Shown here: in pieces, positions 7,586 through 19,221 of the stretch
How positions within the stretch are numbered: the first letter of the stretch is position 1
Layout of the letters: the number at the start of each line of letters is the position of its first letter
Source of the DNA: an uncultured Planctomycetota bacterium
GTDB taxonomy: Bacteria > Planctomycetota > Planctomycetia > Gemmatales > Gemmataceae
Reading direction: 5' to 3'
Assembly: GCA_963849325.1 (NCBI GenBank)
Contig: CAWKHF010000006.1
Coordinates: 736,001-800,000 of the forward strand
Length of the DNA stretch: 64,000 nt
Translations under genes and position numbers: made by a program
Notes under the pieces: generated by a model
What the model saw: only the letters and a program-made list of their open reading frames with translations
Databases searched by the model: none
Told to the model about the DNA's origin: nothing

Positions 7586-10437
7586 TCAACTTCCTGGACG
7601 CACCCAGATCGGCGACGCCCACGCCATCTGACCGTCTTTCTGGATGACCCGCACATAGTAATAACTCGCCTTGTCGCCTTTCTTCGGCGCCGCATCGTCC
7701 CAGTGGAACTTGGCCTGCTCGCTGTCCTTATCCGGCCGATGCGTGTGCATCACCTCGCCGTCGCGCAGCACGTCCACGCGGTCGAGTGGGCCGGTGCCGA
7801 GGACGACCACGTCCAGCGACGGTTTGCCGGTGCGGACCTCGTCGCCCATGAGGTAATTACCCATGCGCACGTCGAGGACGATGTTGTCGGTGGCGCCGTA
7901 GCTGTGGCGCTTCTTGATCGCCTCGACCAGCCCCTTGCGGCTGAACTCCTCGGCGAGAATGCAGGCGTAGCTGATATGCGTCGAGACGTGATCGCTCGAC
8001 GACTGGAAGCCGAGACGATAGCCCTTGGCCAGGGCCAGCGAGACGAAACCGTCCGGCCGGTAGGGTCCGTGGACCTGGGCGCTTTTCTCGCTGAGGGTCC
8101 GCGGCGCGCCGGGAGCCTCGTAGGACGAATCGAAGCCCTGGGCGATTTCGACGACAGGTTCCAGCTCGTTGTCGTGCTCGGCCCAGTTGGTACCCTGATC
8201 GGTCGCGGAGGTGTGCAGGGTGCAAATGCCGCCGGTACGGCGCAGGTAGTCGTAAAGCTTGCCGGTGTCCTCGGCCATCTGCTTGCGGATGGCCCGCTGC
8301 GGCACCGGCAGCGTGCGATGGCCGCGCTCCGTCCAGATGACGTTGCGATGGCCGTTGGGATACGGCACGCTGCGCTCATATCCATACATCGAAATAAAAG
8401 CATGAGGCAGTGTGTACAGGTCGTTGGCCTTCTGGGTGCGCCACCAGGGATATTCCTTGTCGCCGCCCATGTTGTGATCGGTGATGAAAATGAAATCGAA
8501 GGCGGCGGCGTCCAGGCCGTAGCGGTGCAGATCCAATAGCGAGCCGTCGCCGACGCCGTCGGGCGAAATGTCGGTGTGGCGGTGCATGTCGCCGCGATAG
8601 ATGCGGTAGGTACGGCCGCCGGACTCGACCTTGTAGGCGCGGATGCGCGCCACCTGCTCCGCCTCGCGCGGATGGATGCGCTTCACGGTCGCCGATGCGA
8701 CGCGCAGGTCGCGCAGGCGGGCCTCGGCGGGCCGACCGGCGCCCGACAGTCGGCTGACGGCCACGCTCAGGTTGCGCTCGGTCATGGTGCCGGGCGGGTT
8801 CCAACCGCGATTGTCGCTGGCGTAGGCGAAGTAAACGCTGCCTTTCGGATCGCGCTGAGGTGACAATCGCATGTCATTGCGGCCGGCCGACGACGGCAGC
8901 GCGATGGCGGACGTCCAGCGGTCGCCGACGAAGGCCGTGGCGTACACGTCCCAGCGGCCGCGCGCCCCCAGTCATCGACGCGCGGATTGCGGCAAGTACG
9001 GTGGCGAAACGCCAGCCACATGCGGCCCTCCGTGTCGCCCTGCAAGCTGGGTAGCTCGCTGAATGTGCGCAGGTCCGACGGCAGCGCTTGCGTCAGGTCC
9101 GCTTCCGGCTCGCGCCACTTGCCCTCGACCAGGCAGGCCACGCGCAAACGACGGTCGTGATACAGACGAGTGCCGGCGTTCTCGCGCACCAGATGGCCGG
9201 CGTCCTTGCCCCACTGCGGTCCGGACTGGTCCCACGCCACCCACAACCGTCCCTCGCGGTCGCAGGCCAGGCTCGGATGGGCCTGGAACACGGGCGACGG
9301 ATCGGGACAAAGGACGTCGCCCAGCTTCGGTGCCGGGCCGCCGGACAGGCTGCGGACGCGAATGCCGTAATCGCCGGTCTCATAAGTGTCCCAGCCGACC
9401 CAGACGCGATCGGACTTCGTGTCCGGGGCAACGACCGGGTTCCAGTCGTTGGCCTTCGCCGTGCTGACGCGGATGGGTTCGTGCCAGCCGTCGCCGTCGG
9501 CGCAGCGGGCAAAGATGTCGGCCTGTCCGTCATGGAATCCCTGCCAGACGAGCCAGGCTCGGCCGCGTTGATCGGTGGTCATCGTGTGCCAGATGTCCGG
9601 GCCGGCGTCGTTGGTCAGACGTATCTCGTCGCCGAGTTTGCCGTCGCGGTAAGAGCGGGCGAACAGGTTCCAGTTGTGCTCGCGCTGACTGGCCCAGACG
9701 ATCCAGAGCGTGTCGCCGTGCGTACTGGCCAGGGCGACGCGGAAGTGATCGCCCGGACGCGCCACCTCCTTCGGCTCCGACCAGGCGCCGTCCGGCCCGT
9801 CGCGCTCGGCGAGCAGGACGCGATCTTGCTGCTGGCGGTAGGCGACCCAGGCGAGATAGTGCTTGCCGGTCTTGTAGCGCACCCAGAACGCGGGATAGTC
9901 GTCCTGCACGGGATTCTCGGCGCGCGGCGGTGCCGCCGGACGCAGCACGCTCGTCGCCGGCAGACGTTCGACGCGCACCTGGTCGTCGAGGAACATCTTC
10001 GCTTCGCCGAGCAAGATGTCGCCGGCTTTGAACTTCACTTCTCCGGCCTTGAGGGTGATGGTCAGTGTCGGTGCTTCGCCGCGTACCGTGAGCGTGACAC
10101 CGTTGGGCCAGGGCGTTTGCGGAGCCTCCACCTTGCCGGAAGGAGTGGCAATGGGGAAGCGTTCGCCCGGAGCGATATTTTTGTGCGTGCGGCACTTCCA
10201 GCCTTTGACGCCCTCGACGGCGTCCTTCTCCTCGAAGCGCCAGCCGGTTAGCGCCGTGACCTCGCCGTCGGCGATGGCGACCTGCCCGCTCCAGTCGCCG
10301 GGCTGCTTGTCCTTCAGTCCGAGCGTGATCCGCAAGAGATGCCGCGGCGGCTCGGCTTGCTTCTGCGACGCGGCCACGACGACCATCAGGACAACAGCAA
10401 GGACAGCGACGCCATAACGGCGGACACGCGCGGACAT
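7586..10437 (-). CDS. Large secreted protein with beta-rich repeats and a C-terminal PHP-type (CehA/McbA, DUF3604-like) metallohydrolase; frameshift near 8960
   Basis: Signal peptide MSARVRRYGVAVLAVVLMVVVAA; ORFs 8782-10521 and 7586-8947 join; GDMHRHT, FITDHN, GYERS..NGHRNV, SSSDHVSTH. Confidence 0.75.
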
Positions 10438-10540
10438 GACAGACCCCCTGGCAGCCGGAAGGACGAGGCGAGTACGTCGGCTGCCATTAGAACGCCCGCA
10501 GGATGCCAATGCAACTGGCAAACGGCGTCTCGGAGAACGG

Positions 10541-10879
10541 TCAGCGGCCAGTCAGCTTGTCCAGTTCCGCGAAGATCTGATCGAGCGTCGCCGGGTCGAG
10601 GACGCCAAGGGGTTGCAGGCAATAGCGCTGATCGAGAGCGCGAACCTGAAACACAAGGGCGATAGAGGGGACCGTCAAGCCATTCCGACCGTCGGGTTGA
10701 ACGAGAACGGTGCCGGGAAAGCGCGTTGCCTTTGACGAGCTGGTGAAAGGTACGATCAAGACGGTAGGCAATCTTGCCGTGAAGGGAGCGTCCTGCACGA
10801 TAACAGCAGGGCGCACTCCAGCCTGCGCGTGGCCAGGCGTGAAGGGAATGTCCGCCTGCCAGACTTCACCGCGTTGCAT
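10541..10879 (-). CDS. PemK/MazF-family toxin
   Basis: MQRGEVWQADIPFTPGHAQAGVRPAVIVQ...VLIVPFTS...QVRALD. Confidence 0.92.
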   Translation of the reverse strand: MQRGEVWQADIPFTPGHAQAGVRPAVIVQDAPFTARLPTVLIVPFTSSSKATRFPGTVLVQPDGRNGLTVPSIALVFQVRALDQRYCLQPLGVLDPATLDQIFAELDKLTGR

Positions 10880-11082
10880 CGTCTTCCCCTTCGCGCAACT
10901 GCCGCTCGACCAGTTCCAGGGCTTGCGCTGGCCCGGTCCCAGGCGTCGAATTCCTCCTGCAATTCCGGCGGGACTTCGATCGGCCCGCGGATAACGTGGA
11001 CCTCGACGAATGCACCTTCCGGCAGCGGCGCGTTCGGCACGACGACGCCGTTCTTGACGAAGCCCGCAACGATGTTCGGCAT
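10866..11082 (-). CDS. Cognate antitoxin (frameshift near 10925)
   Basis: MPNIVAGFVKNGVVVPNAPLPEGAFVEVHV...ELQEEFDAWDRAS joined to QALELVERQLREGEDDATR; overlaps the toxin start. Confidence 0.75.
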
Positions 11083-11181
11083 GGCATGATCCTCCGGAAT
11101 CACCCTTGCGAATGGTAACACAAGCGCCGACTTCCGGCAGCGCGTCATCCCGACGAAGGACTCCGCGACCATCCGTGCCAT

Positions 11182-11972
11182 TCAGGGTCGATTGCCTCCG
11201 CGAAAGCGGCGCAGGAAGTACGCCAGCAACTCCGCCCGGCTGGACACGCCGAAGTGACGGTAGAGTGTGCCGACGTACTCGTGGATGGTGGTTTGGCTCA
11301 GGCCCAGCCGCGCCGCCACCTGTTTTTCGCTATCGCCTTCGAGCAGGGCGTCCAGCGTTTGCCGGACACGCGGAGCCAGGTCGGAAACCGCCGGTTCGCG
11401 GGCGCTGGCCAGCGCCCGGCCGACGAGGGGGCCGATTTCCCGATGGAAGAGGTGGACCAGGCGGCGTTCCCGCCGCGCGAACAGCGGCGCGTCCCCAGCG
11501 CGGAAAAAAGAAAAGGAGCTGAACAGGCCGCCTTCCAACGCCTGCTCCGAGTAGAGACCGGCGCCAACGCCGGCCACTCGGAAGTACTCGTTGAAGCCGG
11601 TGCTGGCCTGCCAGCGCCGCATCTCGATCAGCTGTTCGGGGCTGCGCGTGTTGAACCGGCCGGAGAGACGAGCGAACTGACACATGAAGGGATCGCGCGG
11701 TAACATCTGATCGTGAACATACGCGAGATGATAGCGGCGAGCCTGGGGCGAACTCCATCCCACGTCCACGCTCTGGAGAATCCATTGCGCCCCCTTGAGG
11801 ATCGGGGCCGTCGATTCGCCGCCGATTCCTACCGCCGCGCCGATCAAGCCGCGCAGACGATCCACGGCGTGACGCCGCCACGTCAGCGAATCGGCCCCAG
11901 TTCGCGGCATTCGCCGACCAGACGATAGATGTCCCGAACTTCTCGCAGGCGCAGCCGTTGCGATGTGCTCAT
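11182..11972 (-). CDS. LuxR-type HTH transcriptional regulator (frameshift in a G-run near 11895)
   Basis: MSTSQRLRLREVRDIYRLVGECRELG + ADSLTWRRH...; C-terminal LAPRVRQTLDALLEGDSEKQVAARLGLSQTTIHEYVGTLYRHFGVSSRAELL. Confidence 0.85.
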
Positions 11973-12289
11973 GGTCTCTTCTCGCCGCTGGAGATGGTCG
12001 GAGAGGATTGGCGGCATCGCCGGGACGTCTCGCTCTTGTCCCCTCTGTTTAGAGGGATTGCATTTCCCCGCGGATAGGGCCATACTAAGCTCGATTCGTT
12101 CTCCCTGATCTCCGTTATTGATGACCTCCACTTTGTCAGTGGAGGCCGTGGATGTCAAGGAGAACGCACGACGGCCACTGAAACAGGGAGAGAGATCGGA
12201 ACGCGGATCAAGCCGGGACGGGGAGCGGATCGCACCGTGGAGTTGACGCAGATTGGAACCTCTCTTCTGTTTCGGAAAGGAGACAGCCC

Positions 12290-12628
12290 ATGAATTCCCT
12301 TCCGCCCACCTCGTCGCCCAGAGGGGAACCGAAGGGCGACGTGAAGACCATCACCTTGTTTGACGGAGGAGAGTTTCGAGGCGCGGAGAACACGATCACC
12401 CGAGAGTTGGAAGCTCATGGGGATGATTTGGCGATGTGCCATCTGATGCTGGACTTTCGCCGTGTTGGGCGAATCAGCAGCGTCGATCTGGGGACGCTCA
12501 TTCTGCTTCACAAGAGACTGGCGGCCAGCGGCGGGCGGCTTACCCTCTTCAATCTGCGCGACGAAATCTACGAAGTGTTTACCGTGACGCGCCTGCACAC
12601 CGTTCTGGAGATTTGCCGCGAGAATTGA
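12290..12628 (+). CDS. STAS-domain anti-sigma-factor antagonist
   Basis: LMLDFRRVGRISSVDLGTLILLHKRLAASGGRLTLFNL...VFTVTRL; AAGGAG RBS. Confidence 0.88.
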   Translation: MNSLPPTSSPRGEPKGDVKTITLFDGGEFRGAENTITRELEAHGDDLAMCHLMLDFRRVGRISSVDLGTLILLHKRLAASGGRLTLFNLRDEIYEVFTVTRLHTVLEICREN

Positions 12629-12673
12629 GAATCGGTGGCCCAAGCCGCATCCGGCTTGGGCCACCGATTCTCA
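12626..12673. terminator. Perfect 22-bp-arm hairpin between convergent genes (likely bidirectional terminator/REP)
   Basis: tgagaatcggtggcccaagccg-catc-cggcttgggccaccgattctca; the outer triplets are the two stop codons. Confidence 0.7.
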
Positions 12674-15258
12674 CGGGGACGGCGCTTCCCAACTGCCGCC
12701 CCATCGCTGGTAGAGGTTTTGTAGAAACGTCTCCCAGGCGGCGCGCGTCCGCGTGGGTGGGAACGGCACCGGCTGCCGGGGAGTCTCGGAACTCCATAGG
12801 ATCTCGAACTGTCCGCCCTCGACGATGCGGCCCATGCGCACGACCCGCCAGGTGTACCCCGTGTCGGCGTCGATCCGCACCTTGCCTTCGGGGGCTTCCA
12901 GCGTTCGTCCCTTCATGGCCTGGCGGATGGCGCTCGGCTCGATGCTGCCGGACGACTGCACCGCTTGCGCCCACAGATGAATGCCAAAGTACACGGTCTC
13001 CATCGGATCGGACAGGACGCGCTGCGGGCCGTAGCGTTCGCGGAACATACGGAGGAGCTTCTGGTTTTCCGGCCGATCGATGCTCTGGAAATAGCTCCAG
13101 GCCGCGTAATGGCCGACGCCTTCCTCGCGCAAGCTGCGCAGATCGTTCTCGGCGATACTGAACGACAGAACGGGCGTTTGCTCGGCACGGATGCCGGCCC
13201 GGAGCAAGGCCCGGAAGAAAGCGGCGTTGGTATCGCCGTTGATCGTGTTGAGGATCAGGTCCGGTTTGCTGGCCACGATCTCCTTGATCGCCTCACTTAC
13301 GTCGGTGTCGCCGAAGGGAATGTACTTCTCGCCCACGATCCGCACTTCCGGATACTTTTGCACCTCGTCGCGGATAATCGCGTGGGCGGTGCGCGGAAAA
13401 ACGTAGTCCGAACCGATCAGGAAGAGACGGCGCTTGCGCTGGATTCCCAGCACGTAGCCCAGTGCCGGCACGATCTGCTGGTTGGGGGCCGTCCCCAGGT
13501 ACACGAAGTTTGGCGATTGCTCCAATCCCTCGAACTGCATGGGGTACAACAGCAGATGGTCGTGCTTCTCCACGATGGGGCGGATGGTTTTGCGGCTGGC
13601 CGAACTGCGGCAACCGATGATCGTGCAGACGCGGTCCTCGACGATCAGCTTCTCGGCCAGCTGGGCGAACTTGCGGTTATCGGACTCGCCGTCCGCCACG
13701 ACCGCCTCGACGCGCCGGCCGAGTAGCCCGCCCTGTTTGTTCAGCTCCTCGATGGCCAGCAGGGCCATGTCCGTGGACGGGCCGCCCGTGTTGGACAGGG
13801 GGCCTTGCAGCGAGAACAGAACGCCGATCTTGATGGGCTCCTGGTTCGGAGTCGGGATCGCCGCGGAGGGGCGGAAGCTGCGCCACAGCAGTCCGCCGCC
13901 GAGGAGCAGTACGCCGAGCAAACCGCCGGCCGCCAGCCAGCGCCGGCGTGACGGGAGATGTCCGCCGCGTCCGGGTGTTCGCGCCGGCGCCCTTGTCAGG
14001 GACGCGAACTCGTTGGTCGGCGTATCGCCTTTCTCCAGCGCGCAGCGCCTCGGCGACGGCTCGCGCCGAGGGCGGCCGCTGCCCCGGGTCGCGCGCGAGC
14101 AGCTGATGAATGAGGTTACGCAATCCGGCCGGCACGTCCGGCGCCAGTTCTTCGACCGGACGCGGGTCGCTCACGGCCAGGGCCGTCAGCTGGGCCAACG
14201 TGTCCGGCCCATCGAACGGCAGGATGCCCGTCACGATGCGATAGAGGACGCAGCCGAGACTGAACAGGTCGCAGCGATGGTCCAGTGGCATCCCGCGCCT
14301 GCTCGGGCGCCAGGTAACTCGGCGTGCCGACGATCAGGCCCGTGGCCGTCAGATGGCGCGTGTCGTTGATGGGACGGGCCAGACCGAAATCGAGCACCTT
14401 GACTCGATACAGGTATTCGCAGGACAGGCGAGTGCCGCTCGACGTTCCCTGTTCCGGCGGCGGCGTTTCCAGCCAGAGGTTCGCCGGCTTGATGTCGCGG
14501 TGGATCAATCCGCGGTCGTGCGCCGCGCTCAGGCCCAGGGCGATCTCCCGGCCGATTCGCAAGACTTCGTTCGCCGGCAGCGGGCCGTCGCGCTGGAGAC
14601 GCTGTTCCAGCGATTCGCCGTAGAGGAATTTCATGGCCAGGAACGGCACGTCATTCACCAGGCCCACCTGATAGATGGTGATGATGTACTCGTCGGGGAG
14701 GGCGGCGGCGGCGCGGGCCTCTTGCAGAAAGCGCTCGCGGAAAGACAGGTTGGCGGACAACTCCGGCTTGAGCACCTTCAAGGCGACGCGCCGCTGCAAG
14801 TGCGTGTCGAAGGCGTCGAAGACGAAGCCCATGCCGCCCTCGCCGAGCAGGCGGGTGATGCGATAACCGCCCAGCCAGCCGATTTCGTCCGCCTCGCGCG
14901 GCGGCTCCAGGAAAGAAAATGACGGCTTTGCTTCGGCCGACGGAGCGCCAGGGGCCGCGGGGACACGCTCGCCGCCGGCTCCGGGCAGCATGACCTCGGA
15001 GGACCAGGTTATCGCCGGGGCGGAAGAAAGGGCGGCGGCTTCGCCGGGATTGGTGTCGGCGGCGGGATGCGAAAGCGGCGGCGTCGGCCGGGCGACGGTC
15101 TCCGTCTGAAAGTGCTCCCACAGACGGCGGCAGCCGGCGCAGTCGCGCAGGTGTTCGCGGAGTCGGCCGACCTCCGCTTCGGGCAGCGCACGCAGCAGCA
15201 AGCGGCGCAGGTCGCTGGGAGCGGGACAGCCCGTCTCGGTCGGTGTCGGGTTCATCAT
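12671..15258 (-). CDS. Membrane Ser/Thr kinase with N-terminal ZAS-type zinc finger and C-terminal urea/amide ABC substrate-binding (UrtA/AmiC-like) domain; frameshifts near 14292 and 14040
   Basis: EHLRDCAGC; LLGEGGMG, VALKVL, IHRDIKPANL, DFGLA, GTPSYLAPEQ, DLFSLGCVLY; TM helix; IKIGVLFSLQG, LLYPMQFEGLEQSPN, PNQQIVP, LIGSDYVFPRT, NTINGDTN, AAWSYFQS. Confidence 0.85.
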
Positions 15259-15406
15259 ACGGCCCGTGAGGTGAAGTCTTGCTGCAAGTATACTCCGAAA
15301 ACGATGGGGCGAGCAGGCCAGAAGGGGCCGCTTGCGGCTTGGCGAGGGTCCACGCTCGGATCGAATGGTAGTATAACAAGCCAGGAGAGAAAGAAACGAT
15401 TCTCGC

Positions 15407-15832
15407 ATGAGCATTCCAGCAATGTCCGAACCGTGGTACAAGGACGGTCTGCGTTTCACCTGCACGCGCTGCGGCCACTGCTGCACCGGCGAACCGGGCT
15501 TCGTCTGGGTCGATGACGACGACCTGACCGCCATCGCCGCCCAGCGCGGCGAGACGCTCGAAGAGGTCAAGGCGCTGTACACGCGCTGGACCGCGCGCGG
15601 CCGTACCCTCCGCGAAAAGAGCAATGGCGACTGCATCTTCTTCGATCGCAAGGAAGGATGCACCATCTACGCGGTGCGGCCGCCGCAGTGCCGCACCTGG
15701 CCGTTCTGGGACAGCAACGTCGCCACGCCGCAAGCCTGGCAACACACCTGCGCGGTCTGTCCCGGCTCCGGACAGGGCGAATTGATTTCCGTGGAAGAAA
15801 TCACTCGACGCTTGAAGCTCATCCGGCTTTAA
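15407..15832 (+). CDS. YkgJ-family cysteine cluster protein
   Basis: FTCTRCGHCC, DCIFF, CTIYAVRPPQCRTWPFW, CPG. Confidence 0.9.
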   Translation: MSIPAMSEPWYKDGLRFTCTRCGHCCTGEPGFVWVDDDDLTAIAAQRGETLEEVKALYTRWTARGRTLREKSNGDCIFFDRKEGCTIYAVRPPQCRTWPFWDSNVATPQAWQHTCAVCPGSGQGELISVEEITRRLKLIRL

Positions 15833-15930
15833 TGGATAATGTGCTAAGGTTATGGGGACCATGCGTACCCTCCCGCCTCGATGACCCGCCCCGCCGCGCG
15901 AAACCGAAAGCGCCACCCTGATACCCTCCG

Positions 15931-17841
15931 ATGGTCCAAGGAAACGCCTCGATGATCCGGTTGCGGAACCTTCCGCGTTCGAGTTGCGTGCTGGTTGGCC
16001 TGCTGCTCTGCTGGCCCGCGCCGACACGCGCCGCTCCTCCGCCCGCCAAGCCAACCTTTGCCAAAGATGTCGCTCCGCTCGTCAACCAGTATTGCGGCAA
16101 GTGCCACGGCGACAAGAAGCCCAAGGGCGGAGTCGTCCTGACCGTCTTCACCGACGAGGCCTCCGCCCTGAAAAAACGATCCGTGTGGGAGCAGGTCGCC
16201 GACAATCTGCGCTCCGGCGACATGCCGCCGCCCGGCAAACCGCGACCCAGCGCCGCCGAATTGGACGTCCTCAACGCCTGGCTCGACGCCATCGTCTTTC
16301 AGACCGATTGCAACGCCGAGAGGGATCCCGGCCGCGTGACGATCCGCCGACTCAACCGCGCCGAATACAATAACACCATCCGCGACCTCGTCGGCATCGA
16401 CTTCCAGCCGGCCAACGATTTCCCCCAGGACGACGTCGGCTACGGCTTCGATAACATCGGCGACGTGCTGTCGCTGCCGCCGTTGCTGATGGAGAAGTAC
16501 CTCGCCGCCGCCGAAAAGATCGTCGAAAAGGCCCTCGCCTCGCCGGAGGCCCGCAAACGCATTTTCCTCGTCCCGACCCAGAACGAAGAGTCCGCCCGGC
16601 AGATCCTCGAACGCTTCGCCGGCCGGGCGTATCGCCGCTCTCTGCGCGGCGACGAACTGAACCGCCTGATGCGCTTCGTCGAGATGGCGGAGAAGAACCG
16701 CGACGGCTTCGAGACCGGCATCGGCCTGGCCTTGCAGGCCGTCCTCGTCTCGCCGCACTTCCTCTTCCGCGTCGAGATCGATCCACGGCCGGGCGACTCC
16801 AAGGCGATCCATCCCATCAGTCATTACGAGCTGGCGAGCCGGCTGTCGTACTTCCTGTGGAGCAGCATGCCCGACGACGAGCTGTTCGAGCTGGCCCGCA
16901 AGAAGACGCTGCGCGAGCCGGACGTGCTGGAGAAGCAGGTTCGCCGGATGCTCCACGATCCGCGCTCCGCGCCCTGGTGGACAACTTCGCCGGTCAATGG
17001 CTGCAAACGCGCAACTTGCGCGACTTCAAGCCCGATCCCGACCTGTTCCCGAACTTCGACGACAAGCTGCGCTCGGCCATGCTCCGGGAGACGGAGTTGT
17101 TTTTCGAGAACGTCGTCCGCGAGGACCGCAGCATCCTCGACTTCCTCGATGCGGACTATACGTTCGTCAACGAACGGCTGGCGAAACATTATGGTCTGTC
17201 CGGCGTGCAGCGGCGACGCATTCCGCCGTGTGTCCTTGACGGGTACGCCGCGCGGCGGCATCCTTACGCAGGCGGCGGTATTGTCGGTCACGTCCAATCC
17301 GACGCGGACCTCGCCGGTCAAGCGCGGCAAGTGGATCCTGGAGAATATTCTGGGCACGCCGCCACCGCCGCCGCCGCCCGGGGTTGAAGAACTCAAGGAC
17401 GACAAGCAGGCCGTGCTGTCCGGCTCGCTGCGGCAGCGCATGGAGCAGCATCGAGCCAACCCCAATTGTGCCTCGTGCCACCAGCGCATGGACCCGCTCG
17501 GCTTCGGCTTCGAGAACTTCGACGCCATCGGCGCCTGGCGCAGCCGCGAAGGCAAGCACGCCATCGATCCATCCGGCACGCTGCCCAATGGCCAATCGTT
17601 TCGAGGACCGGCCGAGCTGCGGACGATCCTCAAAGGCCGGCAAGACGCCTTCGCCCGCTGCCTGGCCGAGAAGCTGCTGACCTACGCCCTGGGCCGCGGC
17701 GTCGAACGCTACGACCGCTGCGCCCTCGATGACATGGTCAAGGGAGCCAGTCAAGACAACTACAAGTTTTCTCGGCTGATCGTCGAAATCGTCAAGAGCG
17801 ATCCGTTCCAGAAGCGGAGAGGCAAAGGGGGAGTGAAGTGA
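15931..17841 (+). CDS. DUF1592/PSD-domain planctomycete cytochrome c protein (two compensating frameshifts near 16970 and 17210)
   Basis: YCGKCH, RRLNRAEYNNTIRDL, GFDNIG, ELASRLSYFLWSSMPD, RGGILTQAAVL, TSPVKRGKWILE, CASCH, DPLGFGFENFD. Confidence 0.92.
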   Translation: MVQGNASMIRLRNLPRSSCVLVGLLLCWPAPTRAAPPPAKPTFAKDVAPLVNQYCGKCHGDKKPKGGVVLTVFTDEASALKKRSVWEQVADNLRSGDMPPPGKPRPSAAELDVLNAWLDAIVFQTDCNAERDPGRVTIRRLNRAEYNNTIRDLVGIDFQPANDFPQDDVGYGFDNIGDVLSLPPLLMEKYLAAAEKIVEKALASPEARKRIFLVPTQNEESARQILERFAGRAYRRSLRGDELNRLMRFVEMAEKNRDGFETGIGLALQAVLVSPHFLFRVEIDPRPGDSKAIHPISHYELASRLSYFLWSSMPDDELFELARKKTLREPDVLEKQVRRMLHDPRSAPWWTTSPVNGCKRATCATSSPIPTCSRTSTTSCARPCSGRRSCFSRTSSARTAASSTSSMRTIRSSTNGWRNIMVCPACSGDAFRRVSLTGTPRGGILTQAAVLSVTSNPTRTSPVKRGKWILENILGTPPPPPPPGVEELKDDKQAVLSGSLRQRMEQHRANPNCASCHQRMDPLGFGFENFDAIGAWRSREGKHAIDPSGTLPNGQSFRGPAELRTILKGRQDAFARCLAEKLLTYALGRGVERYDRCALDDMVKGASQDNYKFSRLIVEIVKSDPFQKRRGKGGVK

Positions 17842-19178
17842 AAGACCTGCACCTTTCGCGGCGAACCGTCCTCAAGAGCGTGGGGGCAATGGTCGCCCTG
17901 CCGTGGCTGGAAGCGATGATGCCGCGTACCCTGTTCGGGCGCGGCCGCTTCGACGGCGCCGCGGCGCATGGCGTTCCTGTACGTCCCCAACGGCATCAAC
18001 ATGGCCAACTGGACGCCGGCCGCCGAGGGGGCGCTGACGGCGTTGCCGACGACCTTGAAGCCGCTGGCGCCGTTCCAGAAAGACCTGCTCGTGCTGAGCG
18101 GCCTGACGCTGGACAAGGCCCGGCCTCACGGCGACGGCGGCGGCGACCACGCCCGCGCCATGGCCACCTTCCTGACCGGCCGTCAGCCGCGCAAGACGCA
18201 CGGCGCCGACATCCGCGTCGGCGTCTCGGTCGATCAACTGGCCGCCGGAAAGTCGGCACGGCCACGCGCTTCGCCTCGCTGGAGATCGGCTGCGAGGGCG
18301 GCAAGAACTCCGGCAACTGCGACTCCGGCTACAGCTGCGCCTACTCCGCCAACCTGGCCTGGCGCGACGAGTCGTCGCCGGTGGCCAAGGAAATCAACCC
18401 GCGCCTGGTGTTCGAGCGCCTGTTCTCCGTCCCCGGCAAGGGCGACGACAAGGCCGTGCGCCGCGAGCGCTACAAGCAGAGCATCCTCGATTTCGTCGGC
18501 GAGGATGCCCGCCAGCTCAAGAACCGGCTCGGCGGCACCGATCAGCACAAGCTCGACGAGTACCTCACCGGCGTGCGCGAGATCGAGCAACGCCTGGTTC
18601 GCTTCGAGCAGACGACGGACCTCGCCGCGCCGGCCGGCGCCGCCCGGCCGACCGGCATCCCCAAGGACTACCGCGAGCATCTGCGTCTGATGGCCGACAT
18701 GCTGGTGCTGGCCTTCCAGGCCGACCTGACGCGCGTCGCCACCTTCGTCTTCGCCAACGACGGCAGCAACCGCAGCTACCGCGATTATGGCGTCGCCGAG
18801 GGCCATCACGACATGTCGCACCACGGCGGCAGCATGCAAAAGAAGTCCAAGATCCAGAAGATCAACCAGTTTCACATCGAGCAGGTGGCCTATCTGCTGG
18901 GCAAGCTCCAGGCGGTCAAGGAAGGCAACGGCACGCTGCTGGACAACTCCATGATCGTCTACGGCAGCGGCATCAGCGACGGCAATCGCCACAACCACGA
19001 CGATCTGCCGATCCTGCTGGCCGGCAAGGGCGGCGGCACGCTGAAGACGGGACGCCATCTCCGCTACCCCCGCGAGACGCCGCTGATGAATCTGTATCTG
19101 AACCTGCTCGACCGCATGGGCGTTCGCGTCGATTCCTTCGGCGACAGCACCGGCCGGCTGACGGGGCTGGAAGGATAG
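17838..19178 (+). CDS. DUF1552 protein (compensating frameshifts near 17940 and 18248)
   Basis: SRRTVLK...LPWLEAM, MAFLYVPNG, CDSGYSCAY, NPRLVFERLF, AFQADLTRV, GHHDMSHH, EGNGTLLDN, DGNRHNHDDLP. Confidence 0.92.
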   Translation: MKDLHLSRRTVLKSVGAMVALPWLEAMMPRTLFGRGRFDGAAAHGVPVRPQRHQHGQLDAGRRGGADGVADDLEAAGAVPERPARAERPDAGQGPASRRRRRRPRPRHGHLPDRPSAAQDARRRHPRRRLGRSTGRRKVGTATRFASLEIGCEGGKNSGNCDSGYSCAYSANLAWRDESSPVAKEINPRLVFERLFSVPGKGDDKAVRRERYKQSILDFVGEDARQLKNRLGGTDQHKLDEYLTGVREIEQRLVRFEQTTDLAAPAGAARPTGIPKDYREHLRLMADMLVLAFQADLTRVATFVFANDGSNRSYRDYGVAEGHHDMSHHGGSMQKKSKIQKINQFHIEQVAYLLGKLQAVKEGNGTLLDNSMIVYGSGISDGNRHNHDDLPILLAGKGGGTLKTGRHLRYPRETPLMNLYLNLLDRMGVRVDSFGDSTGRLTGLEG

Positions 19179-19221
19179 GTGAGTCTCTTCGCGGTCTGCT
19201 GCCTGCGTCCGAGGGAGTCGT

